Below are positions 16,183 to 17,093 of a stretch of 17,093 bases of DNA, piece by piece (the first letter of the stretch is position 1; each line of letters opens with the position of its first letter). The stretch is from an uncultured delta proteobacterium (GTDB lineage Bacteria; Desulfobacterota; BSN033; UBA1163). The notes beneath the pieces are model-generated. The model saw nothing but the letters and a program-made list of their open reading frames with translations, was not told the origin of the DNA and did not search any database. The stretch lies in the NCBI GenBank assembly GCA_963708295.1, contig CAVPSJ010000003.1:1-17093 (forward strand). Direction: 5' to 3'. A program made the position numbers and the translations under genes.

Positions 16183-17093
16183 ATGATCCAAACCTATCCA
16201 ATGGCCATTGTCAGTGCTCCGGGGAAAGTAGAGTTTCAGGAAAAGAGGCTCCCCGAGCTTTCGTCCAAAGAGGTCCTGATCGGTGTGAAGGCTTCCTCCA
16301 TCTGTGGGAGTGACCTTCACATCTTCAAGGGAAAACATCCTTCGGCTCCTCTTCCCGTAGCCGTTGGCCATGAATTGTCCGGAGAAGTCTTAAGAATTGG
16401 AAATGGGGTCTCGCGTCTGAGAGAAGGGGATCGCGTCGTTGTCGAGCCGGTCATCACCTGCGGCCAATGCTATTTCTGTCAGAAGGGAGAATATAACCTC
16501 TGTACCCAGATCAGCTTCCAATACCGGAAAGGCCAGGGAGGATTTGCGCCCTATTTCATCGCCAAGGAAGATTGGATTCATCAGCTTCCAGATGGAATCT
16601 CCTATGAAGAGGGAGCCTTGATCGAACCGCTCTCCGTATCCCTTCACGCATTCAAAAAGGGCAACATCCAGCCAGGCCATACCGTTGCCATCTTCGGAGC
16701 GGGGGCCATCGGACTGATCATTCTACTTTTGACCAGACTCTCAGGAGCAGGCGAGGTCTTTATCGTGGATGTCCAAGACTACCGGCTAAGAAAGGCTAAG
16801 GTCTTTGGAGCCTCCTATAGGATGAACAATTCGGAAGAAGAGGCCGTTCCAAAAATTCTGGGAAAGACTTCTCATCTTGGAGTGGACAGGGCCTTTGAGG
16901 CCGTGGGTTTGGAGAGCACGTTAGTCCAATCATTAAAGGTTTTGAAGAAGGGAGGAAGTTCCATTGTTGTTGGCATTTTTGAGGAACAAGAGGTTAAGAT
17001 TCCTGTGAATCTGTTCATTCAAAAAGAGATCGCGTTAATGGGCTCCCAGGGATACTGTTGGGACTTCCAGTCCGCTTTAAAGCTTTTGGAAAA
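16183..17093 (+). CDS. Zn-dependent medium-chain dehydrogenase (sorbitol/L-idonate/threonine DH-like), 3'-truncated by window edge
   Basis: Absent from the ORF track because there is no stop in the window. Translation gives ICGSDLH, GHELSG, GDRVVVEP, CGQCYFC...NLC, IEPLSV and GAGAIG. Confidence 0.93.
   Translation, partial: MIQTYPMAIVSAPGKVEFQEKRLPELSSKEVLIGVKASSICGSDLHIFKGKHPSAPLPVAVGHELSGEVLRIGNGVSRLREGDRVVVEPVITCGQCYFCQKGEYNLCTQISFQYRKGQGGFAPYFIAKEDWIHQLPDGISYEEGALIEPLSVSLHAFKKGNIQPGHTVAIFGAGAIGLIILLLTRLSGAGEVFIVDVQDYRLRKAKVFGASYRMNNSEEEAVPKILGKTSHLGVDRAFEAVGLESTLVQSLKVLKKGGSSIVVGIFEEQEVKIPVNLFIQKEIALMGSQGYCWDFQSALKLLE

Noticed and set aside
16150-16680. Minus-strand ORFs 16150-16371 and 16390-16680, and + ORF 16439-16621
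   Set aside because: Shadows of the Zn-dehydrogenase gene on the + strand

Overview
The window holds two functional blocks; gene content and intergenic repeats suggest a Desulfobacterota/Deltaproteobacteria-like host (inference). Block 1 is a probable sugar-acid / 2-hydroxy-acid catabolic cluster split in two parts. The left part (1-2931) has a LarA-family nickel-pincer racemase/epimerase, a DapA-family and an HpcH-family aldolase. The right part (7857-17093) has a D-2-hydroxyacid dehydrogenase, an IclR regulator, a TctBAC transporter, an orphan lipoprotein DctP, an M24-fold protein lacking most metal ligands, an ABM protein and a Zn-dependent dehydrogenase. Block 2 (about 3170-7550) is a c-di-GMP module between them. 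It has two divergent sigma-54 promoters, an IHF site and a GEMM-I riboswitch with a readable terminator/antiterminator (predicted OFF switch). Downstream lie a small hypothetical gene, a PilZ gene, a CxxC/HxxH hypothetical gene, a membrane GGDEF cyclase and another small hypothetical gene. The divergent leader carries a degenerate copy of the aptamer 5' half. Intergenic DNA contains several REP-like and tandem repeats, including a 171-bp MITE-like element with a TA duplication inside a REP hairpin.
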